Below are positions 11,974 through 23,938 of a stretch of DNA of 64,000 nucleotides, in pieces (within the stretch, counting starts at the first letter, position 1; the number at the start of each line of letters is the position of its first letter). The notes beneath the pieces are model-generated. The model saw only the letters and a program-made list of their open reading frames with translations, was not told where the DNA came from and made no database searches. The DNA is from Selaginella moellendorffii (taxonomy: Eukaryota > Plantae > Lycopodiophyta): positions 471,538 through 535,537 of the forward strand of contig NW_003314292.1 in the NCBI RefSeq assembly GCF_000143415.4, given 5' to 3'. A program made the translations under genes and the position numbers.

Positions 11974-14367
11974 CTAGGAGAAAACAAAGAGAGATGACTT
12001 ATTGCGTGACAGTTCGTTCTTGGAGGCTGAAGCAGCGTATATGTTCGACATAAGCATGCACGCCGTTTCCTCCTCCTCTTCAGTGTCCGCTTTCATCCTT
12101 TTCGCCCGCTCGGTGTCCGAATGGATTTTACAGGCACCCAGGATCGTCGTCCATGCCACTGGAGTTGGCTCATACGGCATTCCACCCAGTAGCTCCTCGG
12201 CCTCTTTCAGCCTTCCAGCTCTTCCCAGAACATCAACCATTCCAACGTAGTGCTCCACGCCTGGTGCCAATCCAAAGTCTCTCCTCATCGACACAAAGTA
12301 GTCTCGGCCCTCGTCCACCAAGCCCAGGTGGCTGCACGCTTGTAGCACTGTCGTGAATATAATCTCGTCCAGCGCCATGCTCTCGAGTGCCATGCACCAG
12401 AACGTCTCCAGTGCCTCGTTGTTGAAGCCATGCTTTGCATAGCCGGAGAAGAGTGCAGTCCATGTAGCCACGTCTCTCTTCACCATGTCGTCAAACACCG
12501 CTCTAGCTTCTCCAAGGCTTCCACACTTGCTGTACATGTCTACCAGCGAGTTCTGGACGACCGGGTCTCCGTCAAAACCATCTCGGACGATTTCCCTGTG
12601 AACCACCATTCCGTCTGCCAGGGCTCCCATGCCTGTGCATGCGTTTATGACGCTAGCGTACGTAAAGCCATCCGGTCTCACGTCCCAAGTCTCCATCTCG
12701 TGATAAAGGTCGAGCGCCTTCTCCGGATGGCCACCTTGAGCATACGCCGAGATCATCATTGTCACTAGGATCGTGTCCTTTTGAGGTGTCAAGTCGAACA
12801 TCCGCCTCACTTCCTCCAGATTGGCACACTTGAGGTACATGTTGAGCAGAGAGTTTTTAATCACAAAGTCCAGCTCCATCTTCTCGGATAGAATCCGAGC
12901 GTGAATCTCCCGGCCCTTCGCGAGAGATCCCACGCTCGAGCATGCGCGGAGAACGCTCGCATATACGTACGCGTCGGGCTTCTCCACTCTAGCAATCATC
13001 TGTTCGTAGAGCTCCAGAGCCTCGGACGAATGACCATCTTGGGAGAAGGCCACGATCATCGTAGTCCAGGCAACCACGTCCTTGTTGGAGATCCTGTCAA
13101 AGACTTGCTTCGCGTCCTTGAGGCTCTTGCACTTGGCGTACATGTTGACGAGGGCGCTGCTCACAACCACGTCGAGCTCACTGCCTCCAGCTCGCAGCCT
13201 CTCGTGAACAGCCTTTCCCTGTTCCAAGTCCCCGAGCCTCGAGCATGCGTCCAAGACGCTGGCAAACACGAACAAGTCCGGCCTCACTCCTTCCAGATCC
13301 ATCCGCCTGTAAAACTCCAGCGCCTCCTTGAAGCTCTCGTGCCGGACGAGCGCTGCAACCATGGAGCTCCAAGAGATCACGTCTCTCCTCACTCCCATGC
13401 TGTTAAACACCTCCCTGGCCTCGTCCAATCTCCCACACTTGGAAAGCATGTCGAGCAGCGAGTTAAGCACTGGAGTCGTGGCTTCCAGTCCCTCGGACAC
13501 CACCCTCTTGTAGAACAATCTCCCCTCCTCCGCAGCTCCCAGGTCCGAGCAAGCTCCAAGAACACACGACACCGTGAAAGCGTTTGGCGCTACGTCCATG
13601 GCCTTGAAAAGCTCCATCGCTTGCCGGGGATGCCCAGTGTGGGCATACGCTGCGATCATGGCAGTCCAAGCCACTGTATCCCTGTAGCTCATCCTGTCGA
13701 AAACTTCTCTTGCTCGATCCACGCTGCCACACCTCGAGTACATTCCAATTAGCCCGGTTGCCACCACGATATCTGATCCACAGCCACAATCCACGATGTG
13801 AGAATGGATTCTCATGCCGGTAGGGAGATCCCCGGGCTCCAAGCAAGCCGCGAGGATCCCCGAGAAGAAGAAACTAGTCGGTCTTACCTTGGCGGTGTCC
13901 ATCGCTCGGTAGAAATTCAGCGCCTCGCGCATTTGCCCGTTCTGGGTGTAAGCCATGATCATCATCGTCCACGAGAAGCTGTTCTTGGCATCGATCGCCT
14001 CGAAAGCCTCCCTGGCAAGATCCGGAGCGCCGCATTTCCCATACATCTGGACAAGGAGGTTGCCGATGAGTGTGCTGCCGCTGTGATCGCTGCCTAGGAC
14101 CCTCGCGTGGATCCGCTTGCTCGCCTCCAGGTCCCTGGAGATCCCGCATTTCCGTATCAGCGCCGAGAAATCCATGAGGCCGACGCTCCTCTTGCGCTCG
14201 TCGAGAACCTCCTCCGCAAGTTTTGCCCACACGAGGAGATTCTCTACCTGGAGACGCTTGAATCCGGCGATCCAGGAGAGGTAGCTTCCGGACAGCGATC
14301 GGAGCGGCTTGCCGGCGTGCCTGCCGAAGGAGACGATCGTCTCCCCGGCCCCGATGGAGGTATCCAT
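11974..14367 (-). CDS. PLS-class PPR protein with partial E domain (no DYW) and an N-terminal FGRHAG...YLSW domain; intronless
   Basis: Repeated motifs (LVNMYAKCG...A..VFD...DVVAWT.MI.A). E1 segment PGVEHYVGMVDVLGRAGRLKEA...WTTILGACKIH. First ATG is at 14367; the ORF-track start at 14448 is TTG. Confidence 0.93.
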   Translation of the reverse strand: MDTSIGAGETIVSFGRHAGKPLRSLSGSYLSWIAGFKRLQVENLLVWAKLAEEVLDERKRSVGLMDFSALIRKCGISRDLEASKRIHARVLGSDHSGSTLIGNLLVQMYGKCGAPDLAREAFEAIDAKNSFSWTMMIMAYTQNGQMREALNFYRAMDTAKVRPTSFFFSGILAACLEPGDLPTGMRIHSHIVDCGCGSDIVVATGLIGMYSRCGSVDRAREVFDRMSYRDTVAWTAMIAAYAHTGHPRQAMELFKAMDVAPNAFTVSCVLGACSDLGAAEEGRLFYKRVVSEGLEATTPVLNSLLDMLSKCGRLDEAREVFNSMGVRRDVISWSSMVAALVRHESFKEALEFYRRMDLEGVRPDLFVFASVLDACSRLGDLEQGKAVHERLRAGGSELDVVVSSALVNMYAKCKSLKDAKQVFDRISNKDVVAWTTMIVAFSQDGHSSEALELYEQMIARVEKPDAYVYASVLRACSSVGSLAKGREIHARILSEKMELDFVIKNSLLNMYLKCANLEEVRRMFDLTPQKDTILVTMMISAYAQGGHPEKALDLYHEMETWDVRPDGFTYASVINACTGMGALADGMVVHREIVRDGFDGDPVVQNSLVDMYSKCGSLGEARAVFDDMVKRDVATWTALFSGYAKHGFNNEALETFWCMALESMALDEIIFTTVLQACSHLGLVDEGRDYFVSMRRDFGLAPGVEHYVGMVDVLGRAGRLKEAEELLGGMPYEPTPVAWTTILGACKIHSDTERAKRMKADTEEEEETACMLMSNIYAASASKNELSRNKSSLFVFS

Positions 14368-14476
14368 AATCCCAAGAGCCCTAAATTTTCTTTCATTCAA
14401 AGGAGCTACATTGGAGCGCCATAGAAGCGCTCTCTTCCAGGTATTCAACTAGGCGATCGATCACTCCAGGGCATTC

Positions 14477-15953
14477 TCACGGGCACTGGCATTGCGATGG
14501 TGAATACGCCCAGGGTGATGGGATTGGGAATGGGGATAGGATCTGCGGAGGCGGTGAGATCGTGGAATTTGGGTCTGGTTCTTGAGGCGATGCCGGTGGC
14601 AAGACATCCGGGTCTGGTTCTTGAGACGATCGAGGTGGAGAGGATGGAGAGAGATCTGGAGCGAAGATTTCGGGTTGTTCTTGAGGAGGTGCCGGTGGGG
14701 AATGGGATCTTTGAGACACTGATGGAGGAAGGACCAAAACCACGTAGTTTGGTGTTGCTGCCGATGGAGGAGAAGGATTTGTAGAGGGCGCTGGTGATGG
14801 ATTCGTGTCCTCGTATGCTCGATCAAGTGGTGGAGGAGCTGGAGTTGTGTCTGCTACACCAGTTGTTGGCGACAACGATGGAGAAGATGATGAGCTTGGT
14901 GGCGATACTGGGACTTCTTGATCGGGACTTTGCGGGAGAAATGCTTCGGTGGGAGCTTGGCTTTGCGAGTCCGAAGGAGAAAGTTGTGGGGATTCTTCCG
15001 GGGTTTCTACAAGAGGTGGTGGTACCGCCGGAGCTTCTGTCAAAGAAGGTGATGGGCTTGAAGTGCCATCTTGTCCGGGCCGAGGACGAAGAAATAGATC
15101 AGATGGGGATGGTTCCTCCGGTGGCTGTGACAGTGGAGTAAGAGACTGCGAAGGTGCGACTGGGAATTCTCGAGAAGATGGTAGACTTTGCAGCGGAGAG
15201 AATGCCGGTGACAAGTCTGGGCTTTCGGCTGGGCTTTCGGCTGGAGGACTGGCTTCCTTGACAACAGGTTTAGCGATGGATGCTGCTGGAGCTGTTACGG
15301 TCGCCGATGGAGATGGAGCAAGAGCAGCGTCTTGGTGACGAGAACTTTTATGCTCAGAATGGTGCCCGTGGTCCGGGCTTTTGTGCCGTGACTGGTGATG
15401 GTGGGAGCGTTTATGGCCGTGGTGGCGATTGTGGTGGTGAGACTTTTTGGGATGGGAGACTTGAGGCGGCGATGCAGAAGCACTGGGACATTGTTCCGGT
15501 TGGAAGACAAAAGCCGCGACGTGCCGGCTGCCTCTGGTTTGCGCGAAATCTATATCCACCTCTCGACCATCTTGAGGTACAGCATTGTCGCAAGACCGTG
15601 GAAGTGAGCTCGTTATCACGCTCAGGCTGCATTTGGCACTCGGGTTTCTGAGATGAGCCACGAACTCGCCACTGGACCGGGTGTGGATGATCCTGGATCG
15701 ATTGGTATCGGCACAGATCAGGTTGAGATAGACTCCTGCAAGGAAAAGAGAAGAGGCAGCGAGACTAGAAGAGAGAAGCTCGAAGTATACCTTTGAGTCC
15801 TTGCTGGGAGTGAGAGCAGTCACGGCAAACGACCGTACCCGTGAGCGCTACGTGCGAGTTTCTCTGGTGGTCATGGCGAACCTCCCTGCTAGAAACAAGC
15901 AGGCACGCTTGGAGGAGGACTGCTAGGATCAAACTGGCTCGAGCAAGCTCCAT
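14477..15953 (-). CDS. Secreted Pollen Ole e 1/PAC-domain, His-rich and Pro/Ser-rich cell-wall glycoprotein (non-classical AGP-like), 2 exons (15953-15791, 15735-14477)
   Basis: Signal peptide MELARASLILAVLLQACLLVSS. GTVVCRDC...GVYLNLIC...TRSSGEF...C...SC is the Ole e 1 pattern. Then a His-rich tract and a long SP/AP/PP region. Confidence 0.8.
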
Positions 15954-16334
15954 CTTCTTTGGCAACAGTGTAGAGGTAAAAACTCGGTTTTTATGGCTCG
16001 ATCGATTGGTTCTACCCATGACATCTTCTTTGCATGCAGGCTCTAGGACGTGTGGGATCGACGTGAAGCATTTGATATCACCACCTAATTTTCCAGGCCG
16101 CTGGTGGTGATCCAAATCGATAAGTTTGATCAAGCAGGAAAAACAAGCGCTTTCTCGATGCATGGTTCCATCAAGGCAAGTGGTCGTCGGGTAATTCACT
16201 ATCCAATGCCAATTCCCGTTGTCTTGATCTTCCTTTCGATTTTCTCCAGGTTTATGGTGAGGGCGAGAGGGTGCTAAAGTTCAAATTTTTAAATTGTAAT
16301 CAGTGATACTTTTGTTCTAGGGTTCTTCGCGGGG

Positions 16335-17580
16335 ATGGATGTAGAAGCTCCTCCCGCTGATGCGGGGGATGCTATCCATCCCTCCCTTCTTGTTACTTCC
16401 GCCGACGATGGGAGTCGCGAATGGGAGAGCCAGTGCTGGGGGTGCTCCTCGTATCTCATCCTCCCTTTCTTCTCCGAGGCATTCAAGTGTGGATGGTGTG
16501 GAGCGGTCACACTGAGCAAGCCCAAGCAGAGAAGCAGCCAGCGATGGCGCAGGTGTGCTACCATCCGAGACTGGAGCTTGGTGGCAGTGGTTCTCATGAT
16601 CATCGCTCTTGTCACTGGTAAGTTCTCAAGGTACTTTGCTTTCCTTCTAAAACGATCAAAGATAGGATTTTGCAATCACCCTCTGAGACCTTTGCTTTCC
16701 AGGTGGAGGAATATGGACTGTGTACCCGGTTTTATATCCACAGCCAACTTGGAGTGGATGCTTCCACATTTTCATCGCGCTTTCTCTGGCTGGAGCAACG
16801 CTTGCGAGTTACAGTCTAGCAGCATTCACTCCAGCAGGAGCTCTAGCGAAGGTGCCGTGGGGATCACTCCAGCCCATTGGCAAATCAGCTCTAGATGGCT
16901 ACACGTACTGCGCTTACTGCGAATGTCCCAAGCCTCCGCAAGCCCATCACTGTAGAACTTGCGGAACTTGCGTCATGGACATGGATCACCACTGCCCTTT
17001 CGTACGTTGTCTTCTTTTTGTGGTTTTGATTTTCACCTGAACTGAAACTCTCTCCTTTTTTGGTATACTCTAGATCGGGAACTGTGTTGGAGCTCACAAT
17101 CACCGGCATTTCATCCTGTTCCTGGTCTACGCGACGATAAGCAGCTGCTACGTTTTGCTCATGTCCGTGCTCGCGGGCTTAGCGATCTGGCCACCACTGC
17201 TGCAAAGATACCAAGGCTCTGGCGAGTGGGGATTGTTTCACTCGGTGGGAACAATTCTAGCAGCGAGCTTTCTCGAGGCGTTTGAAGAGTTTGAGGAGGA
17301 CGAAGACAAGGGGTTGCCGAGTGTATCGGCGAGGTCTCTGGCACTCATCTATCTCGTCATCACCGCCATGGCGATTCTGATCGGGCTTGCTCTACTCCTC
17401 CGCCAGCAGATACAGCTCTTGTACGCAGGGCAGACGTATCTGGAGTCGATCCAAGCAGGCGATGGCGAGCTTTTGCGGCCCGGGTGGCACAACCTGAGGC
17501 GATTGTTTGGGAAGAAGCATCCAGCTTTGTGGCTGCTTCCTGGATTCACATCCAAAGGGAGCTACTTGAAACTACAATGA
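16335..17580 (+). CDS. DHHC protein S-acyltransferase (PAT11-like), 3 exons (16335-16617, 16703-17001, 17074-17580)
   Basis: [31 protein letters not shown]|[13 protein letters not shown] is the DHHC-CRD. N-terminal CWGC...[10 protein letters not shown] segments and a QTYLE (TTxE-like) motif. Confidence 0.92.
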
Positions 17581-17819
17581 GAGCTCGTTCTTGGCCGAAT
17601 GGAATAGTTTAGTGTTCATTTAGATAAGATCAAACCCAAGACAATAAGTTTTGCAGAAACAAGTCAATGTAATTGTATGGATACATAATATTAGCTGTCA
17701 CTGTCCCTAGTTAAGGATCACAATGTAGAAAGTCTTAGGATGTATGATAAAATAAAAGCTAATATTAAATACAATTTTTTGAAAAGAATATTCTCCAAAA
17801 TTCTAGAATCTAATCCTTC

Positions 17820-17826
17820 TATAAAT
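17820..17826 (+). promoter_or_regulatory. TATA box of the cysteine-rich peptide gene
   Basis: TATAAAT about 70 bp upstream of the ATG at 17897, followed by a pyrimidine-rich leader. Confidence 0.5.
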
Positions 17827-17896
17827 TGAGCACATCCGAGCCTCTTTCTATCGCATCCTTCTTTGTTTGTTTCTTGTTAGCTTGCTTCAAATAGCT

Positions 17897-18385
17897 ATGG
17901 CCTATCCTCGAGTTTCTTCCGTTCTTGTGCTGCCATTGCTGTTTCTAGCAATTACCAATGCTGCTCGTGTCTATGATGGAGGTAGCAAAGTTTTATTTGC
18001 ATACATCTATCATAAAATGTGTGTTCTTGTTCCACAGTAACGATCCTTGCCGAGGAGGAGGATGTGAGATATATGACTACTATGGTGGAAAACAGAGGTA
18101 GCTCAGCATATATTCACCCATGGCCAGGAGCTAAGCTCGTTGTTTCCATGTTTTGTTTTTGCAGTGCTCACAAGTGTTGTGGGCGACACTTACTGTTGCC
18201 TCAAGAACGGCTATGGGTGCCTGCAAAATTGTGACTCATCCAAGAACTACTCGTGCTGCCTCAAGAATGGATACGGCTGCGTGTGGCTTTGCGAGAATGG
18301 TGTGGAGCACTACTGCTGTGAGAAGAATGGCTATGGTTGCACCAAGATGTGCCCCAAGTCTACACTCATGTCTGGCAATCTGTAA
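17897..18385 (+). CDS. Secreted cysteine-rich peptide precursor, 121 aa, 3 exons (17897-17981, 18038-18097, 18165-18385): signal peptide, acidic pro-region and three CCxKNGYGCxxxC repeats
   Basis: Spliced translation: MAYPRVSSVLVLPLLFLAITNAARVYDG|VTILAEEEDVRYMTTMVENR|VLTSVVGDTYCCLKNGYGCLQNCDSSKNYSCCLKNGYGCVWLCENGVEHYCCEKNGYGCTKMCPKSTLMSGNL*. Two phase-1 GT-AG introns keep the frame (85+60+221=366 nt). TATA upstream and AATAAA downstream. Confidence 0.85.
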
Positions 18386-20216
18386 AATGGATAATGTGTG
18401 GATGTGTATGCGTGCCGCTATAGATCTATGGCGGCCATTTTCAAATAAAAACTCAGTGGCTCACTCTCCGATTTTCTTTTCAGAGTCTTGAGCTATCCTC
18501 TATCCTCACTGACTTCTCGCATTTTTCCACCACATTTCCCAAGTTCAAATAAAAACCAACTGCTCTTTCATTGAAAGATCTCTCTTTTTCCAGAGTTCTT
18601 CTTTCAAGATGTGGCCTCACACACCAGGATTCATTAGCTTTCAGCAAGACTCGAGAGAATATTGTGGAAATCGCTTTGATCATGGAAGCCACTTTCGACT
18701 TGGGAAAGCAGACTTCACTAGGAGGAGGATGCAATTTAAGACTTCCAGCGTGCGGGCACCGGTATAGATAGTTCAAAACAAACAAACGAGACTCCGACCC
18801 GGTCCCGGCTCCGGCCGCAGCAGTGTGATTTCTTGTTCGTTCGTTCGTATTTCATAAAAAGCAAGAACGATCCAAACATGTTCAATGTTGCAAGTAGTTT
18901 CATATAGCTCACTTTGGATGTGAATTCAGGAAGCAGGGCTACAAAGCTGGGTGCTTCTACGCGACATTTTGCGGGCTGGGCTGTATTTGCTGGACAGAGG
19001 AGTACAGCAAATCGTTATATGGCAGTTATCAGAATCGTTCTTACCAAGTGAAACAATTCCAACTTTTGGTGAGATCGCTGAATCTGCGAGCACGGACATG
19101 AGCAAAACGTGGGACTGTGGCGTAGACTGGCTTGGATGAAGAGCCACTTTGATTGTTTAGATAAGAGTTTCTATGAGCTGCAGAATCATGTGCATGGCAT
19201 CGTGCTTGCGTAAATGCAGCAAGACAGTAGCTCGCGAGTCGCTGGAGTTGCTCCAGCGAGAGAAATGTCCACTCCAGATTGGCTGTGGATATAAAAAAAC
19301 TGGAATGACTGCTGGGCTAGAGGTGCGTCTTTTGATTATGTATATTTGTCATAGAGTCATCCGTGTCCATCGTAGCTTCCACATATTTCTTTAATTTGAA
19401 GTCTTTGAAGTGCTGCACCTCTTCAAGTGGCTTCAAACCTTGAGGCTATAAAAGTTTAGCACTAAAATCACAAACCTACAACACATAAGCTTAGCAATAC
19501 CTGATTTCTAATCCTTCTTAAGGGAAGAAAATCCTTGGCAACCTTATAAAATGCAAAGCTAGAAAGCAGTTGTTAAGAAACAAAGTCACCTTTTAGGTCA
19601 AGTGAGGGATCATAGCCTTGTTTCACTTTCCTGATGGCATCTGTTGCCATGCTGGAGTTTATAGCATTAAACACAGCCAGAGAGCATAATCTAAGTTTAT
19701 GCGTTTGGAACATTTATGTGTTTGCTCGGTAAGTATGTTGAGGACTGTAATTGGTCTCACCGGCTTGAGAAGAAAGCTCTTTTCTTGCAGAGGTAAGAGA
19801 TGTTCATCCACTAGGAGGAAACACACGAGAGAATCCAGAATGCTAATCCTCTCTCAGTTGATGCAAGGCGTTTTCACCAGGCAGCGGACTCTCATTCTTG
19901 GCCTCTTTCGAAGTGAAGTTCTTACATTGAGCTAGAGGTCGTGAAGAAAACACGCAGCGCTTCCAGTCCAGAGAAAAGCCCTATGGAGCAAACCTACAAC
20001 CGGGCTGTAAGAGAAACACATCAAAGCACAATCTTCGCAACGGGGAGCTGTCTGGAACAAAAGGACATCTCCCAACACGCCATTCGTGTTGGCATTTAGA
20101 CAATCCGTAAGTTCTTTTGTTTTTGCTCTCTTCTTTAATTTAACTTGCAAGAGGCCGAGCAAGAGCCAGAAAGAAGAATTCCCAAGGCTGGACAGGGGAA
20201 GCTTATAAATTTCACA

Positions 20217-22271
20217 CTAGCGTACGGACAAGAACTTGAGGAGAGACCTTGCTTTCCTCCTCGCGCGAGGCGATCCAGACGCGATCAGCTCCTGCAAGCT
20301 CTCCAGAAGCAGCGCACTGGACGATCCGGAGCTCATGTCTCGCGATTCCTGCTGCGTCTGCTGCTCCACCATGAGGCAGTCCCGGATCATATCGCCACCG
20401 TGCTTGCACAGCGCCAGAAGCACCGACAGCGAGTTCTCCTTCCCTTTGACGCTCCCAGTGCGCAGCAGATTCACCAGCAGTGGAATCGCCAGTAGATCGT
20501 CGCTGAGAGCTTTCAATCCTTCGTTGCTCTCTCCTAGCAGAGCTAGCACCGCCAACGCATCGTCCTGGACATCGCCATCTTTCGAGAGCATCGCCATCAA
20601 AACTTCGATAGCTCCCGCGTTCACCACCCTGGCCCTGTTCCCCGGATAGAGCAGCAGATTAAACAGCGCGCTCGTCGCGTCCTTCTTCGCCTGGAGCGAT
20701 CCTTCCAGCAGCAACGTCACCAGCGCCGGGATCGCCACTGCCCTGCTGCCGATCCGGATCCGGTGCTCGTCCGTGGAGGACAGACTAAAGATCGCCGCTG
20801 CAGCGTTTTGCCGAGCCTCCATGCTAAGTCCCTGTTCCACCACCGAGAGTATCGGGTCCAAAGCATTCGCGGCCATGATCAGCTTCTTGTTGTTGTCGTA
20901 GATCGAAAGGTTGAGCAGCGCAGTGACAGCATTCTCTTGGGTCTTGGAGTCATTACACGCGAGCAGCGGGACCAGGAAAGGGATAGCGCCAGCTTCCGCA
21001 ATGCAGATCCTGTTCTCCGTCCCGTTCTTCGCGAGTAGTCTAAGCTCGTAAGCCACTTGTCTCTGGACATCGATCGAGCCTGTGGCCAGCTTGCCGACAA
21101 GAAATGCCGAGGTGGTCTTTGCGATCTCGAGAGCCTCTCTCGAGTTGGAAATGTCGTCGTCGGGAAAGCCAGCGTCGAATAACTCGAGGCTGACGTTGTT
21201 GTCGTCACACCAATGGAAGATGAGGCTTCGTAAAGCGTAGTTTGGAATGAGGCCGAGGTGTATCAGCTTCTGGCCGCTTGTGGGGCACGTAAAGTGACCG
21301 GCAGCAATCCATTTCTGGATGTGTTCCTTGTCGTATGTTTGCCCGGTCGCAATGGTCACCGGGTTCCTCATAAGTTCCAAGGAGATCGGGCACCGGAACT
21401 CGTCTGGAAGAACTCCGACTCTCTCCTTGAAACCATCAAGCTCGGCCATAGTCTCCTCGAAGGCCTCTTCCCCAGCTCTATACAAGAGCCTTGCCGTGGA
21501 CCGGACGAGACGTATCAAACCTCGCAATGTCGAGTATGCCACCTTGTCTCTGGACGCGACCTTCTCTCTCAATTCTTCCAGCAGTCCCGTAAGTTCCAGC
21601 TTACAGTCGCTCCAATTTTTCAAGCCGAGGCCAGCAAAGAGCTTCTGGAGTCTCTCGAGGGAAACGTCTGATGATGGTCCGTCACCTCTTTCCATAAGAT
21701 CGCATAGCTCGGCTTTGAGGAGCTCCTGCCCGGGATCTAAGGCCTTGCACCAGCCTCTAGCGCTTTGCAACTTCAAGAGCAGGACGTGCTCCTTTATCTC
21801 GTCCGAGATCTCCAGCAAACTTAGCGGAATTACCTCCAAAGCCGCGGCCATCTCCTCGTTGGCCACCTCAAACTTTTGGATCGTCTCTGTGGAGCTCACC
21901 ATCGCCCACGTTATGCTACTGCTCTGGCTACACGAATCCACGAGGAGATTACACTTGGCGAGGAACTCGTGCATACTCCTAAAAGCCAAAAGTGCTGACG
22001 GAGGCAGCGGTGGATTTGTATCCCTGATCTCCTCGAAAAATGGACCCAAGAGCTTCACCCGCCGGACAATCCCCGAAACGCAGTGCCGGTAGCACGCCTG
22101 TGGTCTTTCGTGAACCGAAACCTGGTGTGCCAATTCGATCAAGTCCCTCACTAGCAGCATTCCCGGATGGCTTGGATACGTCTGATGATGGTTCGCGGCA
22201 TGGAGCAGCGCAAACGGCCTCTTGAGCTTCATGATCCTCCTACGCTTGCTAAAGTACCAGAAATCGGCCAT
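20217..22271 (-). CDS. Plant U-box/ARM-repeat E3 ubiquitin ligase (UND-PUB-ARM), intronless
   Basis: U-box PDEFRCPISLELMRNPVTIATGQTYD..IQKWI..GHFTCP...LIPNYALRSLI, followed by ARM repeats (QENAVTALLNLS). First ATG at 22271; the ORF-track start is GTG. Confidence 0.95.
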   Translation of the reverse strand: MADFWYFSKRRRIMKLKRPFALLHAANHHQTYPSHPGMLLVRDLIELAHQVSVHERPQACYRHCVSGIVRRVKLLGPFFEEIRDTNPPLPPSALLAFRSMHEFLAKCNLLVDSCSQSSSITWAMVSSTETIQKFEVANEEMAAALEVIPLSLLEISDEIKEHVLLLKLQSARGWCKALDPGQELLKAELCDLMERGDGPSSDVSLERLQKLFAGLGLKNWSDCKLELTGLLEELREKVASRDKVAYSTLRGLIRLVRSTARLLYRAGEEAFEETMAELDGFKERVGVLPDEFRCPISLELMRNPVTIATGQTYDKEHIQKWIAAGHFTCPTSGQKLIHLGLIPNYALRSLIFHWCDDNNVSLELFDAGFPDDDISNSREALEIAKTTSAFLVGKLATGSIDVQRQVAYELRLLAKNGTENRICIAEAGAIPFLVPLLACNDSKTQENAVTALLNLSIYDNNKKLIMAANALDPILSVVEQGLSMEARQNAAAAIFSLSSTDEHRIRIGSRAVAIPALVTLLLEGSLQAKKDATSALFNLLLYPGNRARVVNAGAIEVLMAMLSKDGDVQDDALAVLALLGESNEGLKALSDDLLAIPLLVNLLRTGSVKGKENSLSVLLALCKHGGDMIRDCLMVEQQTQQESRDMSSGSSSALLLESLQELIASGSPRARRKARSLLKFLSVR

Positions 22272-22942
22272 CCTCGAGCCAGAAGAATCCTGGAAGGCGA
22301 TCGATTCGCGGAATTTCTCGCGCCTAGTGGAAAATTTCTGCCAAGAACCTACTAGATCACGACGAAATATCACAAGAAAACCCCGATTCTCTGCGTGCCG
22401 TGGTCGATCACTGGAAGATTCTCAACGCCGTGCTTGATTGGGACTGCGAGAGAATCTGGCACCGAGAGAACTCGCCGTGAAGAATCTTGTCCGAGAGTCT
22501 AGAGAGCCCTAAAACCCTAGCGCTAGATAGAAGGATGTGATAGCCGAGGAATGCGACAATACTACCTCCTCGCGCCTTGCCGTCCATAGCGTTTTTCAAA
22601 TATGTGCCATATGGCCGCTAAAAGAGTTAAAAAAGGATTCTTCCGGAATGCCGCCATTTGGCAGCACCACAGGCCTCTAGCCCCGCCATTGGCCAGAAGG
22701 AACAAACTGCCACGTGGATGGTGACGATGGGCACTATGCCAACGGTTGGATGTGCCAATTGGCGGTTGTCCTAGCTAGGGCTGCTTGTCTTGTCCGGTCA
22801 AGCGTGGAAGAAAGAACGCAAAGCGCCAAGGCAGTGAGGTAAAAATCTTCTTTCGTGGAGATCGTCGAGCGATCGATCCTCGATCGATCGATTGATCGAT
22901 TGGATCGGCGTGCGCGGCCGTGGATGGATCTTAAGAAGCTAG

Positions 22943-23784
<842 letters not shown>

Positions 23785-23938
23785 GCTCGTGGAGATTTTG
23801 TTTTCCTTGCGATTGAGTTTATCCACCACTGTTAGCATTGAGTACCGGTTAATGCAAAGGCATTTCTTCTTCCATGGATATTTCTAACGAGGTAAGGAAA
23901 TAACTGAGATCTATGGGACGCACACAAAGGTCTTGACA

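Noticed and set aside
12002-15651. Multiple plus-strand ORFs (e.g. 12901-13752, 283 aa); similarly 21319-22092 and 48535-48927
   Set aside because: Antisense shadows of GC-rich real genes.
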